Counted from the stretch's first letter, positions 9,023-20,211 are shown. The stretch is 64,000 bases of DNA from an uncultured Actinomycetota bacterium (GCA_963705885.1 OY970120.1:2671219-2735218); one strand, 5' to 3'. A program made the numbers and translations. Notes: a model not told the origin generated them from the sequence alone.

Positions 9023-10008
9023 GCGGCGCTCCCCGGCCCGGGCGGGGCGGCGGAGGCGAGAACACCCTCCAGGCGTCGTACGACCGCGTCGCGCACCTCG
9101 GACGGCGACACCACGCGGACGTCGGGGCCGAAGCCGGTGACCTGCTCCCCGAGCATCTCGGCGTCGCCGAACGGCACCGTGAGCTCGTCCCACCCGTCTC
9201 CCGCGGGGCGGGTGGCCGTGGCCCAGCGGCGCAGCGCGACGCCGCTCCCGGCCCGCACGTGCAGGACCGCCTCGCCGGTCGGGCGGTAGGGCACGAGCGT
9301 GGCGACCTCCGCGCGGAAGTCGATGCCGTCGGGCACGACGACCGCGCCGGCCGGCCCGACCGGCGTCACGGCACCGGCCATGCGGGAGAGCCGGAACACC
9401 CTGGTGTCGTCGCGGTCACGGTCGTGCCCGACGACGTACCACCGGCCGTGGCGCGACACGATGCCCCAGGGCTCGAGGTGGCGCAGGGCCGCCTCCTTGG
9501 CCCCCGACCGGCGGTAGGGGAAGGTGATGGCGCGCCGGTCCCGGACGGCCGCGTAGACCGGCTCGAAGGCCGGCTCGCTGGTCCGGACGCGCGGCTCGAT
9601 GCCCACGAGGCTGGAGCTGTCGGGCTCGATGCCGTCGGCCTTGAGCTTCAGCAGGGCACGGTTGGCCGGCGCGGCCAGGCTGGCCTGGGCCCACACGCGG
9701 GACGCGAGCCCGAGCACCGCCAGCTCGTCGGGCTCGAAGCGCACCTCGGGGACCGCGTAGTCGGCCCGGTCGACGCGGTAGCCGACCTCGTCGTCGAACC
9801 AGGCGTCGTTGCCGCCGGTCTGCAGCGGGACGCCCATGTCCCGCAGCTCGTCCTTGTCGCGCTCGAACATGCGGTCGAAGGCCTCGTCCGTTGCGCACTC
9901 CGCGTACTGCGGGACGGCGCGACGGATCTGGTCCTTGGCCAGGAACTGACGGGTCGAGAGCAGGGCGATGACGAGGTTGAGAAGCCGCTCGGTCTTCTGC
10001 GCGGACAC
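9019..10008 (-). CDS. pafB: proteasome accessory factor PafB (HTH-WYL regulator)
   Basis: 329 aa. N-terminal HTH (ERLLNLVIALLSTRQFL), WYL domain (WYVVGHDRDRDDTRVFRLSR). Paralog of the downstream pafC with overlapping stop/start. Confidence 0.85.
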   Translation of the reverse strand: MSAQKTERLLNLVIALLSTRQFLAKDQIRRAVPQYAECATDEAFDRMFERDKDELRDMGVPLQTGGNDAWFDDEVGYRVDRADYAVPEVRFEPDELAVLGLASRVWAQASLAAPANRALLKLKADGIEPDSSSLVGIEPRVRTSEPAFEPVYAAVRDRRAITFPYRRSGAKEAALRHLEPWGIVSRHGRWYVVGHDRDRDDTRVFRLSRMAGAVTPVGPAGAVVVPDGIDFRAEVATLVPYRPTGEAVLHVRAGSGVALRRWATATRPAGDGWDELTVPFGDAEMLGEQVTGFGPDVRVVSPSEVRDAVVRRLEGVLASAAPPGPGSAA

Positions 10009-10036
10009 CGGGACAACCTACCGCCCCCGCGGGGGC

Positions 10037-10420
10037 CTATCTCACGTCGAGGAGGTCCACCACGAAGATCAGGGTCTCCCCCGGCGCGATCACCGCGCCC
10101 GCGCCCCGGTCGCCGTAGCCGAGGTCCGGAGGGATCACGAGGCGGCGGCGGCCGCCGACCTTCATCCCGACCACGCCGCGGTCCCAGCCGGCGATGACGT
10201 TGCCGGCGCCGAGCGGGAACGAGAACGGCTCCCCGCGGTTCCAGGACGCGTCGAACTCCTCGCCCGTGGAGTAGGCCACGCCGACGTAGTGCACGACCGC
10301 CGTGTCACCCGGGGCGGCCTCGGCACCCTCGCCCTCGGCGAGGTCGACGAGCTGCAGCTCGCCCGGCGGCGGGCCCTCGGGGAAGTCGACCTCGGGCTTG
10401 CCGGCCCCCGCGCCGCTCAC
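10037..10420 (-). CDS. FKBP-type peptidyl-prolyl cis-trans isomerase
   Basis: 127 aa. FKBP core motifs (HYVGVAYSTGEEFDASW...PFSFPLGAGNVIAGWDRGVVGMKVGGRRRLVIPPDLGYG). Start overlaps the stop of the upstream FKBP gene by 4 nt. Confidence 0.85.
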   Translation of the reverse strand: MSGAGAGKPEVDFPEGPPPGELQLVDLAEGEGAEAAPGDTAVVHYVGVAYSTGEEFDASWNRGEPFSFPLGAGNVIAGWDRGVVGMKVGGRRRLVIPPDLGYGDRGAGAVIAPGETLIFVVDLLDVR

Positions 10421-11376
10421 GAGGCCTCCTTCGCGGGGCCGTGCTGGCCCAGCACGTCGATGACGACGGCGACGCTCTTGGTGGCGGCGTCGTCGCCCTC
10501 CTGGGCGGGCAGCTCGAGCAGCACCCGGCTGCCGACCGGCACGCCGACGAGGAGGTCGAACGGGCTGGGCTGCTGCCCGCCGATGCCGACGCCCTGCGGG
10601 CCGTCGGCCCAGGTGCTGGTCAGCGGGCCGCCGGTCCAGTCGACGGCCGTGTACTGCACGACGCCGAGCTTGCCCTGGGTGATCTCGGGCCCGGTGCCGG
10701 TGCTGAGCACGACCGTCCGCGGCTCCTTCGGCGGGTCGGTGCCCTTGGCCACCGTGACCTTCGGGTCGGCGCCCCCGGCGACGGCCGGCAGGCCCTTCGG
10801 CAGGTCGGCGACCGGGGTGGACTCCGGCAGCGGCGTCGAGCTGTCGTAGGCGGCGATCACGTCGACCACGAAGACCAGCGAGTCGGTCCCCTCGATGCCG
10901 GCCTGCGGGTTGCCCTGCTTGCCGTAGCCGTCCTTCGGGGGCGCGACGAGCAGCACCCGGCTGCCGACGTTGACCCCGCTCAGCGCCTTCACCCAGCCGG
11001 AGATGACCCCGCCGGGGCCGGACTTCAGCGTGAACGCGGCCGGGGTCCCGCGGTCGTAGGAGTTGTCGAAGACCTTGCCGTCGTAGACCTTGCCGAGGTA
11101 GTCGGCGACGAGCAGGTCACCCTTCTCGACCTTCTGGCCGTCGCCCTCCACCAGCGTCGTGCTCTCGAGCTTCTTGCCCGGCGTGCTGTCGGCCGCCACG
11201 GTGATCTTGGGCTTGGCGCCGTAGGCGCCCTTCACCTCGGGCAGGTCGTCGCCGGCGGCGGACTCCGAGGCGCCGCCGCACGCAGCGAGCACACCGGCCA
11301 GCATGACCGGGAGGAACAGAGGGGCAAGTCGGCGCACGGGAGTACCTCGGAAAGTCGGGGGGTGGGATGGACCCAC
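10417..11376 (-). CDS. FKBP-type peptidyl-prolyl isomerase, lipoprotein with two FKBP-like domains
   Basis: Signal peptide plus lipobox (LAGVLAAC-GG). Two domains, each with FKBP signatures (DNSYDRGTPAAFTL...VISGW). Start may be the GTG at VRRLAPLF. Confidence 0.8.
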   Translation of the reverse strand: MGPSHPPTFRGTPVRRLAPLFLPVMLAGVLAACGGASESAAGDDLPEVKGAYGAKPKITVAADSTPGKKLESTTLVEGDGQKVEKGDLLVADYLGKVYDGKVFDNSYDRGTPAAFTLKSGPGGVISGWVKALSGVNVGSRVLLVAPPKDGYGKQGNPQAGIEGTDSLVFVVDVIAAYDSSTPLPESTPVADLPKGLPAVAGGADPKVTVAKGTDPPKEPRTVVLSTGTGPEITQGKLGVVQYTAVDWTGGPLTSTWADGPQGVGIGGQQPSPFDLLVGVPVGSRVLLELPAQEGDDAATKSVAVVIDVLGQHGPAKEAS

Positions 11377-11439
11377 ACTAACCCGGGCGTCGGGCGACCA
11401 CCGAAACGCCGCCTCCAGGCCGTTCCGGCCCCCCGCCGC

Positions 11440-12801
11440 TCACATGCTGGCGATGAGCTTCTCGACGCGCTCGTCCACGGCCCGGAACGGGTCCTTGCAC
11501 AGGACGGTGCGCTGCGCCTGGTCGTTGAGCTTGAGGTGCACCCAGTCGACGGTGAAGTCGCGCCGGCGCTCCTGCGCGCGGCGGATGAACTCGCCGCGCA
11601 GCCTGGCCCGGGTGGTCTGCGGGGGCACCGACTTGGCCTGGAAGACCTCGATGTCGGTGGCGACCCGCTCGGCCGCCCCCTTGTTCTGGAGCAGGTAGAA
11701 CAGGCCCCTGTCGCGGGAGATGTCGTGGTAGGCCAGGTCGATCTGGGCGATGCGCGGCGAGGACAGCGTCAGGTCGTGCCTGGCGCTGTAGCGCTCGATG
11801 AGCTTGTGCTTCATCACCCAGTCGATCTCGGTGGCGACGAGGTCGAGGTTGCCGGAGTCCACGGCCGACAGGGTCCGCTCCCACAGGTCCAGGACCCGCT
11901 TGACCAAGCCCTCGTCGATGCCGCGCCGGGAGGCGAAGTCCCGCGCCTTGGTGAAGTACTCGGTCTGGATCTCCAGGGCGCTGGCTTCGCGACCGTTGGC
12001 GAGACGCACCTTGCGGCGGCCGGTGACGTCGTGGCTGATCTCGCGGATGGCCCGGATCGGGTTCTCGAGGGTGAGGTCGCGCATCACGACGTTGGACTCG
12101 ATCATCCGCAGCACGAGGTCGGTCGCCCCGAGCTTGAGCAGCGTCGTCGTCTCGCTCATGTTCGAGTCGCCGACGATGACGTGCAGGCGGCGGTAGCGCT
12201 CGGCGTCGGCGTGCGGCTCGTCGCGGGTGTTGATGATCGGGCGGGACCGGGTCGTCGCCGAGGACACGCCCTCCCAGATGTGCTCGGCGCGCTGGCTCAC
12301 GCAGAAGACCGCGCCGCGTGGCGTCTGCAGCACCTTGCCCGCCCCGCAGATGATCTGCCGGCTGACGAGGAACGGGATGAGCACGTCGGCGAGCTTGCTG
12401 AACTCGCCGTGGCGCCCGACGAGGTAGTTCTCGTGGCAGCCGTAGGAGTTGCCGGCGGAGTCGGTGTTGTTCTTGAACAGGTAGACGTCGCCGGCGATGC
12501 CCTCCTCGCGCAGGCGACGCTCGGCGTCGACGAGGAGCCCCTCGAGGATCCGCTCCCCCGCCTTGTCGTGGATGACCAGCTGGCGGATGTCGTCGCACTC
12601 GGGCGTGGCGTACTCCGGGTGGCTGCCCACGTCGAGGTAGAGGCGGGCTCCGTTGCGCAGGAACACGTTGCTGCTGCGGCCCCAGGACACGACTCGCCGG
12701 AAGAGGTAGCGCGCGACCTCGTCCGGCGAGAGCCGGCGCTGCCCGCGGAACGTGCAGGTGACCCCGTACTCGTTCTCCAGGCCAAAGATCCGGCGGTCCA
12801 T
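11440..12801 (-). CDS. pafA: Pup--protein ligase PafA
   Basis: 453 aa starting [13 protein letters not shown] (ATG at 12801, confirmed in sequence). Carboxylate-amine ligase fold motifs shared with Dop ([19 protein letters not shown]). The 1001-aa track ORF is a PafA frame fused to upstream out-of-frame sequence. Confidence 0.92.
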   Translation of the reverse strand: MDRRIFGLENEYGVTCTFRGQRRLSPDEVARYLFRRVVSWGRSSNVFLRNGARLYLDVGSHPEYATPECDDIRQLVIHDKAGERILEGLLVDAERRLREEGIAGDVYLFKNNTDSAGNSYGCHENYLVGRHGEFSKLADVLIPFLVSRQIICGAGKVLQTPRGAVFCVSQRAEHIWEGVSSATTRSRPIINTRDEPHADAERYRRLHVIVGDSNMSETTTLLKLGATDLVLRMIESNVVMRDLTLENPIRAIREISHDVTGRRKVRLANGREASALEIQTEYFTKARDFASRRGIDEGLVKRVLDLWERTLSAVDSGNLDLVATEIDWVMKHKLIERYSARHDLTLSSPRIAQIDLAYHDISRDRGLFYLLQNKGAAERVATDIEVFQAKSVPPQTTRARLRGEFIRRAQERRRDFTVDWVHLKLNDQAQRTVLCKDPFRAVDERVEKLIASM

Positions 12802-12878
12802 CACGTCACCGTACGCCGGACCGGCGCGCCGGGGCCGTCGACGCTCCGGCGATCTCGGCGGCCGTCCGGGCGGCCGGC

Positions 12879-15221
12879 TCAGCTGCGGCTGGTCACCAGC
12901 CCGTCGATCTGCACCTTGAGCCCGCTGGACCGGACCCGCACGGTCACGGTCCCCTTCTCCCGCTTGAACGCGGGGAGCACGAGGACCTGGCGCCGTCGCG
13001 TGCGGTCGCTCTTGAGGTTGATGCGCCCGACCCGACGGCCGTCGACCAGCACGGCGACCTTGCCGCACCGGGGGCAGGTGGTCGCGACGATGCCGACCCG
13101 CTTGAGCTTCGCCCCGCTGCGGGTGAGGGTCGCGTTCTTGCGCTTGGTGTGGCGGACCGTGCCGGCGTAGTAGCGGTCGCCCGTGCGCGCCTTCCAGCCC
13201 GACGAGGGCGTGAGCCGCCGGTCGTCGAGGGCGCGGGTCTGGCAGCGCGGACCGCTCCAGCCGGAGAGCTGCCCGGCCCGGTTGCGCGCCCGCACGGACA
13301 CGCAGTAGGTCCAGCCCTTGCGCATGCCGAGCGGCGCGTCGAGGTTGGTCGTCCGCTGCCAGGTGCCGGGCCGCTTCCACTTCTCGTAGGAACGGTCCCA
13401 GCGGGCCCGGCGCCAGCGCACGTCGTAGTTGCGCACGGCGCTCGAGCTGATGCCGCCGACGTAGGTGAACCGCGTCCTGTTGGCCGTGGTCCCGCGTGTC
13501 GTGGGCCCGGTGGTCCGCACGCTGGGTGTGCCGCTGAGCAGGTGGTTCCACACGCCGCCGGTGCCGGCGTTGTCCAGCGCGGCCTGGTCGACGGTGACGG
13601 TCGGCTGCGGCCCGCCGTAGGGCGCCCAGGACGAGACGTGCGACGCGACGCCCTTGGACACGCGGTAGATCTGGCCGCCCGCGTGCCCGACGAGGAAGGT
13701 GCCGGTCTTCGGCCGGAACGGCAGCGAGTTGAACTGCGTCGGCGACAGGCTCTGCACCGGCTGCGGGGGAAGGCCCACCGACTCCCACGAGCTCGTGTAG
13801 ACGGGCGCGCCGCCGGCGATGCGGTAGACCTGCGGGCTGCCCGCGACGCTGACGAACGCGCCCTCGGCCGCCAGGGTGCTCGGCGACACCGCCGCGTCGA
13901 CGTTGTTGTTGTCGATGTTGATCGTCACGCCGCCCCACGTCTCGGTGTGACCCCCGCGGTACTGCCGGATGCGCTGGTGGTCTGCCCACTTGTCGGCCGG
14001 CACCTCGGGGTCGTTCGTGCTGATGTCGCACGACGTGGAGTAGGGCTCCGGGCACCACCGGGCGATCCACAGCTGGTCGGGCTGGTCGAAGGCCGGGTTG
14101 GACAGCTGGCTCACGACGGCCCTGATGGTCGAGCCGGCGCTGCCGTAGAGCCCGGAGACGTAGCCCCGCTCGTGCAGCCGGGCGGTCCACGCGTCGAGGA
14201 AGTCCAGGACACCCTGCCGGCACGTCGCGTTCGAGTAGGAGAAGGCCTCCATGTCGAAGTAGACGGGGTTCCCGACGCCGAGACCGAGCGCGTTGAGCTG
14301 CACGATCGCGTCGTCGGCGCCGGCCCGGCCCTGCGCGCCCGCCTGCGCGGGGTCGATGCGGTTCGGGTAGTCGCGGCAGGAGGCCTGCAGCCCGACGTAC
14401 GTCGGGATGAGCACCCAGCCCTGGTTCACGACGGCGTCGACCCACGACGCGGTGAGGTTCGGCTGCTGACAGCCCCGGCTCGCGCCGCCGATGTAGATGT
14501 TCACGGCCTTGTACGGCGACGCGCTGTACCAGGCTGTGAGCTGGGACAGCGACGGTGCCGTGCAGGCGTCGAAGCCCAGCCCGGTGTAGGTGGTGTCCGC
14601 GAAGCGCGGCCCGGCCGCGGCCGACGCGGACCTCTCCCCCGACGCCGAGGTCGATCGGCCGCCCGAGGCCGACGCGAGCGACCGCGCGGCCGACCTGCCG
14701 GAGGGTGCGAGAACGTCGCCGTCGTCACTGCCGAAGGCGACGCTGCCGGCGATCTCGCGGGCGCCCGCCGGGTCGTCGCCGGCGCTGACCACCGCGGTGA
14801 CCGCGGAGTCCTCGGAGCGCACGACGAGGTCGGGGGCGACGACTCCCTGCGCCGCGCCGGTCGTGAGATGGACGGCTCCGGTCCGGCCCACGACCTGCGG
14901 GGGGCAGGTGCTGCGGGAGGGGTCACCCAGGTAGACGGCGTGCCGGTCGAGGCGCACGCATCCGGGCGCACCGTCCAGGCGGTGCACCGGCCAGGCCGAG
15001 GGCACGGTCACCGAGACCCCGCGGTAGCTGACGCGGCGGGTCTCGCCGGTGTCCCCGGACGCGGCGGCCGCCGGGACGACCGGGGCCCCCAGCGCGGTCA
15101 CGAGACCCAGGACGAGCAGCGCCCGGCCGGAGCGCTTCGGATCGAGAGAACGCACGGTGGTCTGCCCCCGGTGACGTGTCTGTGTGCGCCGGTGTCCCGG
15201 CGATGTCGGCCCGGCAGCCAT
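12879..15221 (-). CDS. secreted multidomain protein with DUF1906 (Rv2525c-like, GH25-like TIM-barrel) domain
   Basis: Start trimmed to MAAGPT (ATG at 15221); a GTG at [32 protein letters not shown] is also possible. Signal peptide, then an Ala/Ser-rich region. Central domain [10 protein letters not shown]...[10 protein letters not shown]...[12 protein letters not shown]...[10 protein letters not shown] resembles DUF1906. C-terminal about 300 aa are unassigned and end in a basic tail with a CPRCG pair. Confidence 0.6.
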   Translation of the reverse strand: MAAGPTSPGHRRTQTRHRGQTTVRSLDPKRSGRALLVLGLVTALGAPVVPAAAASGDTGETRRVSYRGVSVTVPSAWPVHRLDGAPGCVRLDRHAVYLGDPSRSTCPPQVVGRTGAVHLTTGAAQGVVAPDLVVRSEDSAVTAVVSAGDDPAGAREIAGSVAFGSDDGDVLAPSGRSAARSLASASGGRSTSASGERSASAAAGPRFADTTYTGLGFDACTAPSLSQLTAWYSASPYKAVNIYIGGASRGCQQPNLTASWVDAVVNQGWVLIPTYVGLQASCRDYPNRIDPAQAGAQGRAGADDAIVQLNALGLGVGNPVYFDMEAFSYSNATCRQGVLDFLDAWTARLHERGYVSGLYGSAGSTIRAVVSQLSNPAFDQPDQLWIARWCPEPYSTSCDISTNDPEVPADKWADHQRIRQYRGGHTETWGGVTINIDNNNVDAAVSPSTLAAEGAFVSVAGSPQVYRIAGGAPVYTSSWESVGLPPQPVQSLSPTQFNSLPFRPKTGTFLVGHAGGQIYRVSKGVASHVSSWAPYGGPQPTVTVDQAALDNAGTGGVWNHLLSGTPSVRTTGPTTRGTTANRTRFTYVGGISSSAVRNYDVRWRRARWDRSYEKWKRPGTWQRTTNLDAPLGMRKGWTYCVSVRARNRAGQLSGWSGPRCQTRALDDRRLTPSSGWKARTGDRYYAGTVRHTKRKNATLTRSGAKLKRVGIVATTCPRCGKVAVLVDGRRVGRINLKSDRTRRRQVLVLPAFKREKGTVTVRVRSSGLKVQIDGLVTSRS

Positions 15222-15345
15222 CACCGGATGCGGGCAGCCTAACGAGCGTTTCGTCCCGGTTGGGGCGAGGCGGTCGATCGGCGTGTTCCTCCGCGGCGGA
15301 CAAGCCCCCAGCACGGACCCGTCGCGAACAGGTCCGTGGCCTTGT

Positions 15346-15966
15346 CTAGAGGAGGCCCGCGGCGTCCAGCGCGAGGTAGACCAGGTCGACGTCGGTCGAG
15401 TCGCCGCTGCGGGCCAGGTCGCGCACGTCGGCGACACCGACGACGACCGGCTCGCAGTACTCGTCACCGCCCCAGGACACGACCTCGCCGGTCACCCGGC
15501 AGCCCCGGGCGATGACCACGTGGCGGCGCCAGGTGGACGCGCCGAACGCCCAGCACGACCCGGCGGGCTCGACGGAGTCGCAGGAGTAGCCGGTCTCCTC
15601 GCGCAGCTCGCGCGCGGCGGCGTCGTGCAGGTCCTCCCCCGGGTCGACGATGCCGCCGGGCAGGTCCAGGACGATCGCCGACGGCCCGGGCCGGAACTGG
15701 CGGGTGAGCACGACCCGGTCGTCGTGGGTCAGGGCCAGGACGGCGACGGTCGTGAACGGGGTGGTGTGGATGTCCCAGTCGGACACCGAGCCGTCGGGCA
15801 TGCGGTAGGTGCGCGTCGTGACCGGCAGCCACCCGTCGGTGCGGGGTCGCTCGGCGAGCAGGCGCCAGGGCTGCACCCGGCGCGCCCCGTCGGCCGCGGT
15901 CACGGGGTTACTGCTGCTCGTCCTGCCCGGCGTCGGGCTCCGGGCCGGGGGGCTCGTGCGAGCCAC
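15346..15966 (-). CDS. NUDIX hydrolase (ADP-ribose pyrophosphatase-like)
   Basis: NUDIX box [24 protein letters not shown]. The 5' end overlaps the prcA 3' end; the true start is probably the GTG near 15903. Same strand and directly downstream of prcA. Confidence 0.7.
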   Translation of the reverse strand: MARTSPPARSPTPGRTSSSNPVTAADGARRVQPWRLLAERPRTDGWLPVTTRTYRMPDGSVSDWDIHTTPFTTVAVLALTHDDRVVLTRQFRPGPSAIVLDLPGGIVDPGEDLHDAAARELREETGYSCDSVEPAGSCWAFGASTWRRHVVIARGCRVTGEVVSWGGDEYCEPVVVGVADVRDLARSGDSTDVDLVYLALDAAGLL

Positions 15967-16732
15967 CGGCCAGGGACGTGGGGGGCGGGGTGCCGCGCTC
16001 GTCCGGCGCCGTCGCCGTGGCGGCCGGGGCCTCGCCGTCCGGGGTCCCGAGGATGCTGCCCAGCGCCCCCCCGCCCAGCCTGCGGAACGTACGCCGGGGG
16101 CGGTCGCGCTCGAGCACGGCCACCTCGAGCTGAGCTGCCGTCAGGCTGCGCTGCTCGCCGGTGGTCATGTCGCGGCCGAGCAGCTCGACGGCGGTCTGCA
16201 GCGCCTCCTGCAGCGACATGCCGTCGCGGTAGCGCTCCTGCAGCGCCGTGCTGATCTGCTCCCCCGAGCCGCCCATGGCGACGAAGCCGTGCTCGTCGGC
16301 GACGGAGCCGTCGTAGGTGAGCCGGTAGATCTGGTCCTCGTCCGGGGTGTCGCCGACCTCGGCGATGACGATCTCGACCTCGTAGGGCTTGGACTCGACG
16401 GTGAAGATGGTGCCCAGGGTCTGGGCGAACACGTTGGCCAGGCCACGCCCGGTGACGTCCTGACGGTCGTAGGAGTAGCCGCGCAGGTCGGCGTAGCGGA
16501 CGCCGGCCATGCGCAGGTTCTCGAACTCGTTGTACTTCCCGACGGCCGCGAACGCGATGCGGTCGTAGATCTCGGAGATCTTGTGCAGGGCCCGGGAGAG
16601 GTTCTCGGCGACGAAGAGGATGCCGCCGTCGTAGGCGATGACGACCACGCTGCGGCCGCGCGCGATGCCCTTGCGGGCGTAGTCGGCGCGGTCCTTCATG
16701 ACCTGCTCGGGCGAGACGTAACCGAAGGGCAT
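15908..16732 (-). CDS. prcA: proteasome alpha subunit PrcA
   Basis: Start trimmed to [44 protein letters not shown] (ATG 16732, alternative GTG 16738), matching the mycobacterial PrcA N-terminus. The track ORF carries a spurious 97-aa N-extension. Confidence 0.9.
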   Translation of the reverse strand: MPFGYVSPEQVMKDRADYARKGIARGRSVVVIAYDGGILFVAENLSRALHKISEIYDRIAFAAVGKYNEFENLRMAGVRYADLRGYSYDRQDVTGRGLANVFAQTLGTIFTVESKPYEVEIVIAEVGDTPDEDQIYRLTYDGSVADEHGFVAMGGSGEQISTALQERYRDGMSLQEALQTAVELLGRDMTTGEQRSLTAAQLEVAVLERDRPRRTFRRLGGGALGSILGTPDGEAPAATATAPDERGTPPPTSLAGGSHEPPGPEPDAGQDEQQ

Positions 16733-16784
16733 CGTCACGAGGTGCACTCCTGGGTGGGCGTCGGCGGGCCGGTGGTGGTCGTGG

Positions 16785-17639
16785 TCATCGCAGCGGGGCC
16801 TGCGGACCGCCGGGGTTGTCCATGCGGGCGGCGATGACGCCCTCGACGACCTCGCCGACGCCGTCGTCGGACAGCCGCCGGTAGCCGTCGGCCGTGACGA
16901 GCGAGACGACCGGGAAGATGCGGCGGGTGACGTCGGGGCCGCCCGTTGCCGAGTCCTCGTCGGCGGCGTCGTAGAGCGACTGCACGGCGCACAGCGCGGC
17001 GTCGTCGGCGGAGAAGTCGTCACGCCACAGCTTCTTGAGCGCCCCGCGGGCGAACACCGAGCCGGACCCGACCGAGTGGAACTTCTGCTCCTCGTAGCGG
17101 CCGCCGGTCACGTCGTAGGAGAAGAGGCGGCCGGCGGTCGCGGGGTCGTCGGCGTCCAGGTCGTAGCCGGCGAAGAGCGGGACGACGGCAAGACCCTGCA
17201 TCGCCATGCCGAGGTTGCCCCGGATCATCGTCGCGAGACGGTTGGCCTTGCCCTCGAGCGAGAGGGTGGCGCCCTCGATCTTCTCGTAGTGCTCGAGCTC
17301 GACCTGGAACAGGCGCACCATCTCGATCGCGATGCCGGCCGCGCCGGCGATGCCGACGCAGGAGTAGTCGTCGGCGTGGAAGACCTTCTCGATGTCGCGC
17401 TGGGCGATGTAGTTGCCCATCGTGGCCCGCCGGTCGCCGGCCATGACCACGCCGCCGGGGAAGGTGAGCGCGACGATCGTCGTGCCGTGCGGCGCCTCGG
17501 TGGTCATCGCCGTCAGCGGGGGCGTACGTCGGCCAGGGAGCAGCTCGGGGGCATGGTCACCGAGGAACTCGGCGAACGACGAGCTGCCCGGGGTCAGGAA
17601 CGCAGCCGGGAGACGCCCGGGGCCGGCGTGCTGGGTCAC
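16785..17639 (-). CDS. prcB: proteasome beta subunit PrcB (with propeptide)
   Basis: Propeptide followed by ...[10 protein letters not shown], the catalytic Thr-1 context. Ntn-hydrolase fold motifs are present. Immediately upstream of prcA. Confidence 0.9.
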   Translation of the reverse strand: MTQHAGPGRLPAAFLTPGSSSFAEFLGDHAPELLPGRRTPPLTAMTTEAPHGTTIVALTFPGGVVMAGDRRATMGNYIAQRDIEKVFHADDYSCVGIAGAAGIAIEMVRLFQVELEHYEKIEGATLSLEGKANRLATMIRGNLGMAMQGLAVVPLFAGYDLDADDPATAGRLFSYDVTGGRYEEQKFHSVGSGSVFARGALKKLWRDDFSADDAALCAVQSLYDAADEDSATGGPDVTRRIFPVVSLVTADGYRRLSDDGVGEVVEGVIAARMDNPGGPQAPLR

Positions 17640-17799
17640 CTGCGAGTCCTCCTCGTCGGTCCGTCATCGAGGCGATGAGGACTGGCACCGACCCTACTGC
17701 CGCGGCCCCGGCCACCGTGGGACGGACAGGCGCCTCGCCGCACCGGCAGCAATGCTTCTCCGACTCCGGTCGCATCGACGGATCTCTGCAGGAAGCCCG

Positions 17800-18009
17800 C
17801 TATTGCCCGCCCTTCTGGACGAAGGAACGAACGAAATCCTCGCTGTTCTCCTCGAGGACGTCATCGATATCGTCCAGGATCGCGTCGATGTCCTGGTCGA
17901 GCTTGTCCTTGCGCTCGGCGACGTCGGAGGCCGCCTCGGCCTCGACCTCCTCGACCTCCTCGCTGGTCTTGCTCGCGCGCTTCTGGCCGCCCGTGTCCTT
18001 GCTCGCCAT
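17800..18009 (-). CDS. pup: prokaryotic ubiquitin-like protein Pup
   Basis: 69 aa, acidic and disordered, with a C-terminal ...FVQKGGQ. Pup ends in GGQ/GGE. Located between dop and prcB. Confidence 0.92.
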   Translation of the reverse strand: MASKDTGGQKRASKTSEEVEEVEAEAASDVAERKDKLDQDIDAILDDIDDVLEENSEDFVRSFVQKGGQ

Positions 18010-18127
18010 CTCGGTCCAGCCCTCCCGCGGGTGTCCGTGCCGTCAGGGACGACCTTAGTCGCCGGGGTGGACACGACGCCGGGTCAACACCTCGAAGCGC
18101 CGCGGGGCCGGTGGCGGTCGGGGCCGG

Positions 18128-19642
18128 TCAGCCACCCGTGATCGCGGCGACGAGCTCCTCGGCGGTGTCGCACCGGTCGAGCAGGGCCCCGACGTGGTCC
18201 TTCGTCCCGCGCAGCGGCTCCATGGTCGGCACGCGCTGCAGCGAGTCGCGGCCCGGCAGGTCGAAGATGACCGAGTCCCACGACGCGGCCGCGACCTCGT
18301 CCGGGTACTTCTCCAGGCAGCGCCCACGGAAGTACGCGCGGGTGTCCGCCGGCGGGTTGGACACGGCGTGCGCGACCTCGGCGTCGCTGATGATCCGCTC
18401 GAACCGGCCGTTGGCGCTGAGCTTGTTGAACAGCCCCTTCTCCGGGCGTACGTCGGAGTACTGCAGGTCGATGGCCTCCAGCCGCGACGACCCCCAGTCG
18501 AGCCCGTCGCGCGACCGGTAGCCCTCGAGGATCTGCAGCTTCGCCACCCAGTCGAGCTCGCGCGAGAGCGACATGTGGTCGGTCTCGAGCCGGGTGAGCA
18601 CGGACTCCCACCGGTCGAGAACGTCGGTCGTCACCGGGTCGGCATCGGAGCCGAACCGGTCCTCGACGTACTTGCGCGCCTGCTCCGCGTACTCCATCTG
18701 CAGCTGCACCGCGGTCAGCGTGCGCCCGGTCCGCAGCGTCACGAGCTGTTTGAGCGACGGGTCGTGCGACACCGCGTGCAGCGTCGACACCGGACGGTCG
18801 ACGGACAGGTCGACGGAGAGGAAGGAGTCCTCGATCATCGACAGCACGAGCGCCGTGGACCCGAGCTTGAGGTAGGTCGACACCTCGGCGAGGTTGGCGT
18901 CGCCGATGATGACGTGCAGCCGGCGGTACTTCTCCGCCACCGCGTGCGGCTCGTCGCGGGTGTTGATGATCGGTCGCTTGAGCGTCGTCTCGAGACCGAC
19001 CTCGACCTCGAAGAAGTCGGCCCGCTGCGAGATCTGGAAGGCCTTCCCCCGCCCGTCCTGCCCGACGCCGACGCGGCCGGAGCCGCAGACGACCTGACGG
19101 GACACGAAGAACGGCGTGAGGTGGCGGACGATCTCGGCGAACGGCGTCTCGCGGCGCATCAGGTAGTTCTCGTGGGTCCCGTAGGACGCGCCCTTGTTGT
19201 CGGTGTTGTTCTTGTAGATGTTGATCGGCGGGGTGTTCGGCACCTGCGCCGCGCGTCGGGCCGCGGCCGCGATGATGCGCTCGCCCGCCCGGTCCCAGAT
19301 GAGGGCGTCGCGCGGGTTCGTCGTCTCGGGCGCGGAGTACTCCGGGTGCGCGTGGTCGACGTAGAACCGCGCCCCGTTGGTCAGGATGATGTTCGCGAGG
19401 CCGACGTCCTCGTCGGTGAGCTGGCTCTGGTCTGCCACGTCGCGCGCGAGGTCGAAGCCTCTCGCGTCGCGCAGCGGGTTCTCCTCCTCGAAGTCCCAGC
19501 GCGTCCGGCGCGAGCGGGCCGGCGCGTGCTGCGCGTGGGCGTTGACCACCTGGCTCGAGATCAGCATCGCGTTGGCGCCGGGGTTGCCGGGCACCGAGAT
19601 GCCGTACTCGGTCTCGGTGCCCATCACGCGCCACACGCTCAT
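18128..19642 (-). CDS. dop: Pup deamidase/depupylase Dop
   Basis: 504 aa. N-terminus [10 protein letters not shown] plus shared PafA/Dop ligase-fold motifs ([19 protein letters not shown]). Carries the Dop-specific insertion and sits in canonical position upstream of pup. Confidence 0.92.
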   Translation of the reverse strand: MSVWRVMGTETEYGISVPGNPGANAMLISSQVVNAHAQHAPARSRRTRWDFEEENPLRDARGFDLARDVADQSQLTDEDVGLANIILTNGARFYVDHAHPEYSAPETTNPRDALIWDRAGERIIAAAARRAAQVPNTPPINIYKNNTDNKGASYGTHENYLMRRETPFAEIVRHLTPFFVSRQVVCGSGRVGVGQDGRGKAFQISQRADFFEVEVGLETTLKRPIINTRDEPHAVAEKYRRLHVIIGDANLAEVSTYLKLGSTALVLSMIEDSFLSVDLSVDRPVSTLHAVSHDPSLKQLVTLRTGRTLTAVQLQMEYAEQARKYVEDRFGSDADPVTTDVLDRWESVLTRLETDHMSLSRELDWVAKLQILEGYRSRDGLDWGSSRLEAIDLQYSDVRPEKGLFNKLSANGRFERIISDAEVAHAVSNPPADTRAYFRGRCLEKYPDEVAAASWDSVIFDLPGRDSLQRVPTMEPLRGTKDHVGALLDRCDTAEELVAAITGG

Positions 19643-19662
19643 GCGTCGAAGCCTACGCGCGC

Positions 19663-20211
19663 GTGCCAGACTCCTGCCCCGTGGACAGCGCGCGTCGCGC
19701 CGCGACCGGCGAGGAGCAGGTCGCCGTCATCGACGACTCCGGGGTGGTGATCGGCTCGGTGCCCCGGTCGGTCATGCGCCGCGACAACCTGCCGCACGTC
19801 GTGGTCGCCGTGCTCGTTCGCGACCCGGCCGGCCGCGTCTACGTGCAGCGTCGCACCGACACCAAGGACGTGTTCCCCGGGATGCACGACTGCTTCGCCG
19901 CCGGGTGCCTGCAGGCGGGCGAGGAGCCCGCGGCGGCCGCCGCGAGGGAGGCGGCCGAGGAGCTGGGGGTGGTGGGCGTGCCCCTCGCGCCGCTGTTCGT
20001 CACGCGCTACGACGACGAGTCGACCCGTCACCTCTGCCATGTCTACGAGGCGCTCTGGGACGGTCCGGTGACCCACCAGCCCGAGGAGGTCGCCTGGGGA
20101 GGCTGGATGACGGTGGACCAGCTGTGCAGCCGGCTCGCCGACCCCGCCTTCCGCTTCGTGCCCGACGGTCGGGCGCTCGTCGAGCAGTGGCTCGCCGGCA
20201 GGGGCAGATGA
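19663..20211 (+). CDS. NUDIX hydrolase
   Basis: 182 aa. NUDIX box [31 protein letters not shown]. Lies between dop and arc on the opposite strand. Confidence 0.75.
   Translation: MPDSCPVDSARRAATGEEQVAVIDDSGVVIGSVPRSVMRRDNLPHVVVAVLVRDPAGRVYVQRRTDTKDVFPGMHDCFAAGCLQAGEEPAAAAAREAAEELGVVGVPLAPLFVTRYDDESTRHLCHVYEALWDGPVTHQPEEVAWGGWMTVDQLCSRLADPAFRFVPDGRALVEQWLAGRGR

Noticed and set aside
8066-9193. 375-aa PafC ORF with a 57-aa N-extension overlapping pafB.
   Set aside because: The extension overlaps the pafB C-terminus. The ATG at 9022 gives the canonical PafC N-terminus and the usual ATGA coupling with pafB.
11440-14445. Track ORF of 1001 aa suggesting one giant gene covering pafA and upstream sequence.
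   Set aside because: Only the C-terminal 453 aa (from [16 protein letters not shown] at 12801) are PafA. The N-terminal about 550 aa are an alternative frame of the DUF1906 protein gene with low-complexity composition.
15908-17023. 371-aa PrcA ORF with an about 97-aa Pro/Ser/Thr/Arg-rich N-terminal extension overlapping prcB.
   Set aside because: The extension overlaps the 3' end of prcB in another frame and has no similarity to proteasome alpha N-termini. The true start is [10 protein letters not shown] at 16732 (or the GTG at 16738).
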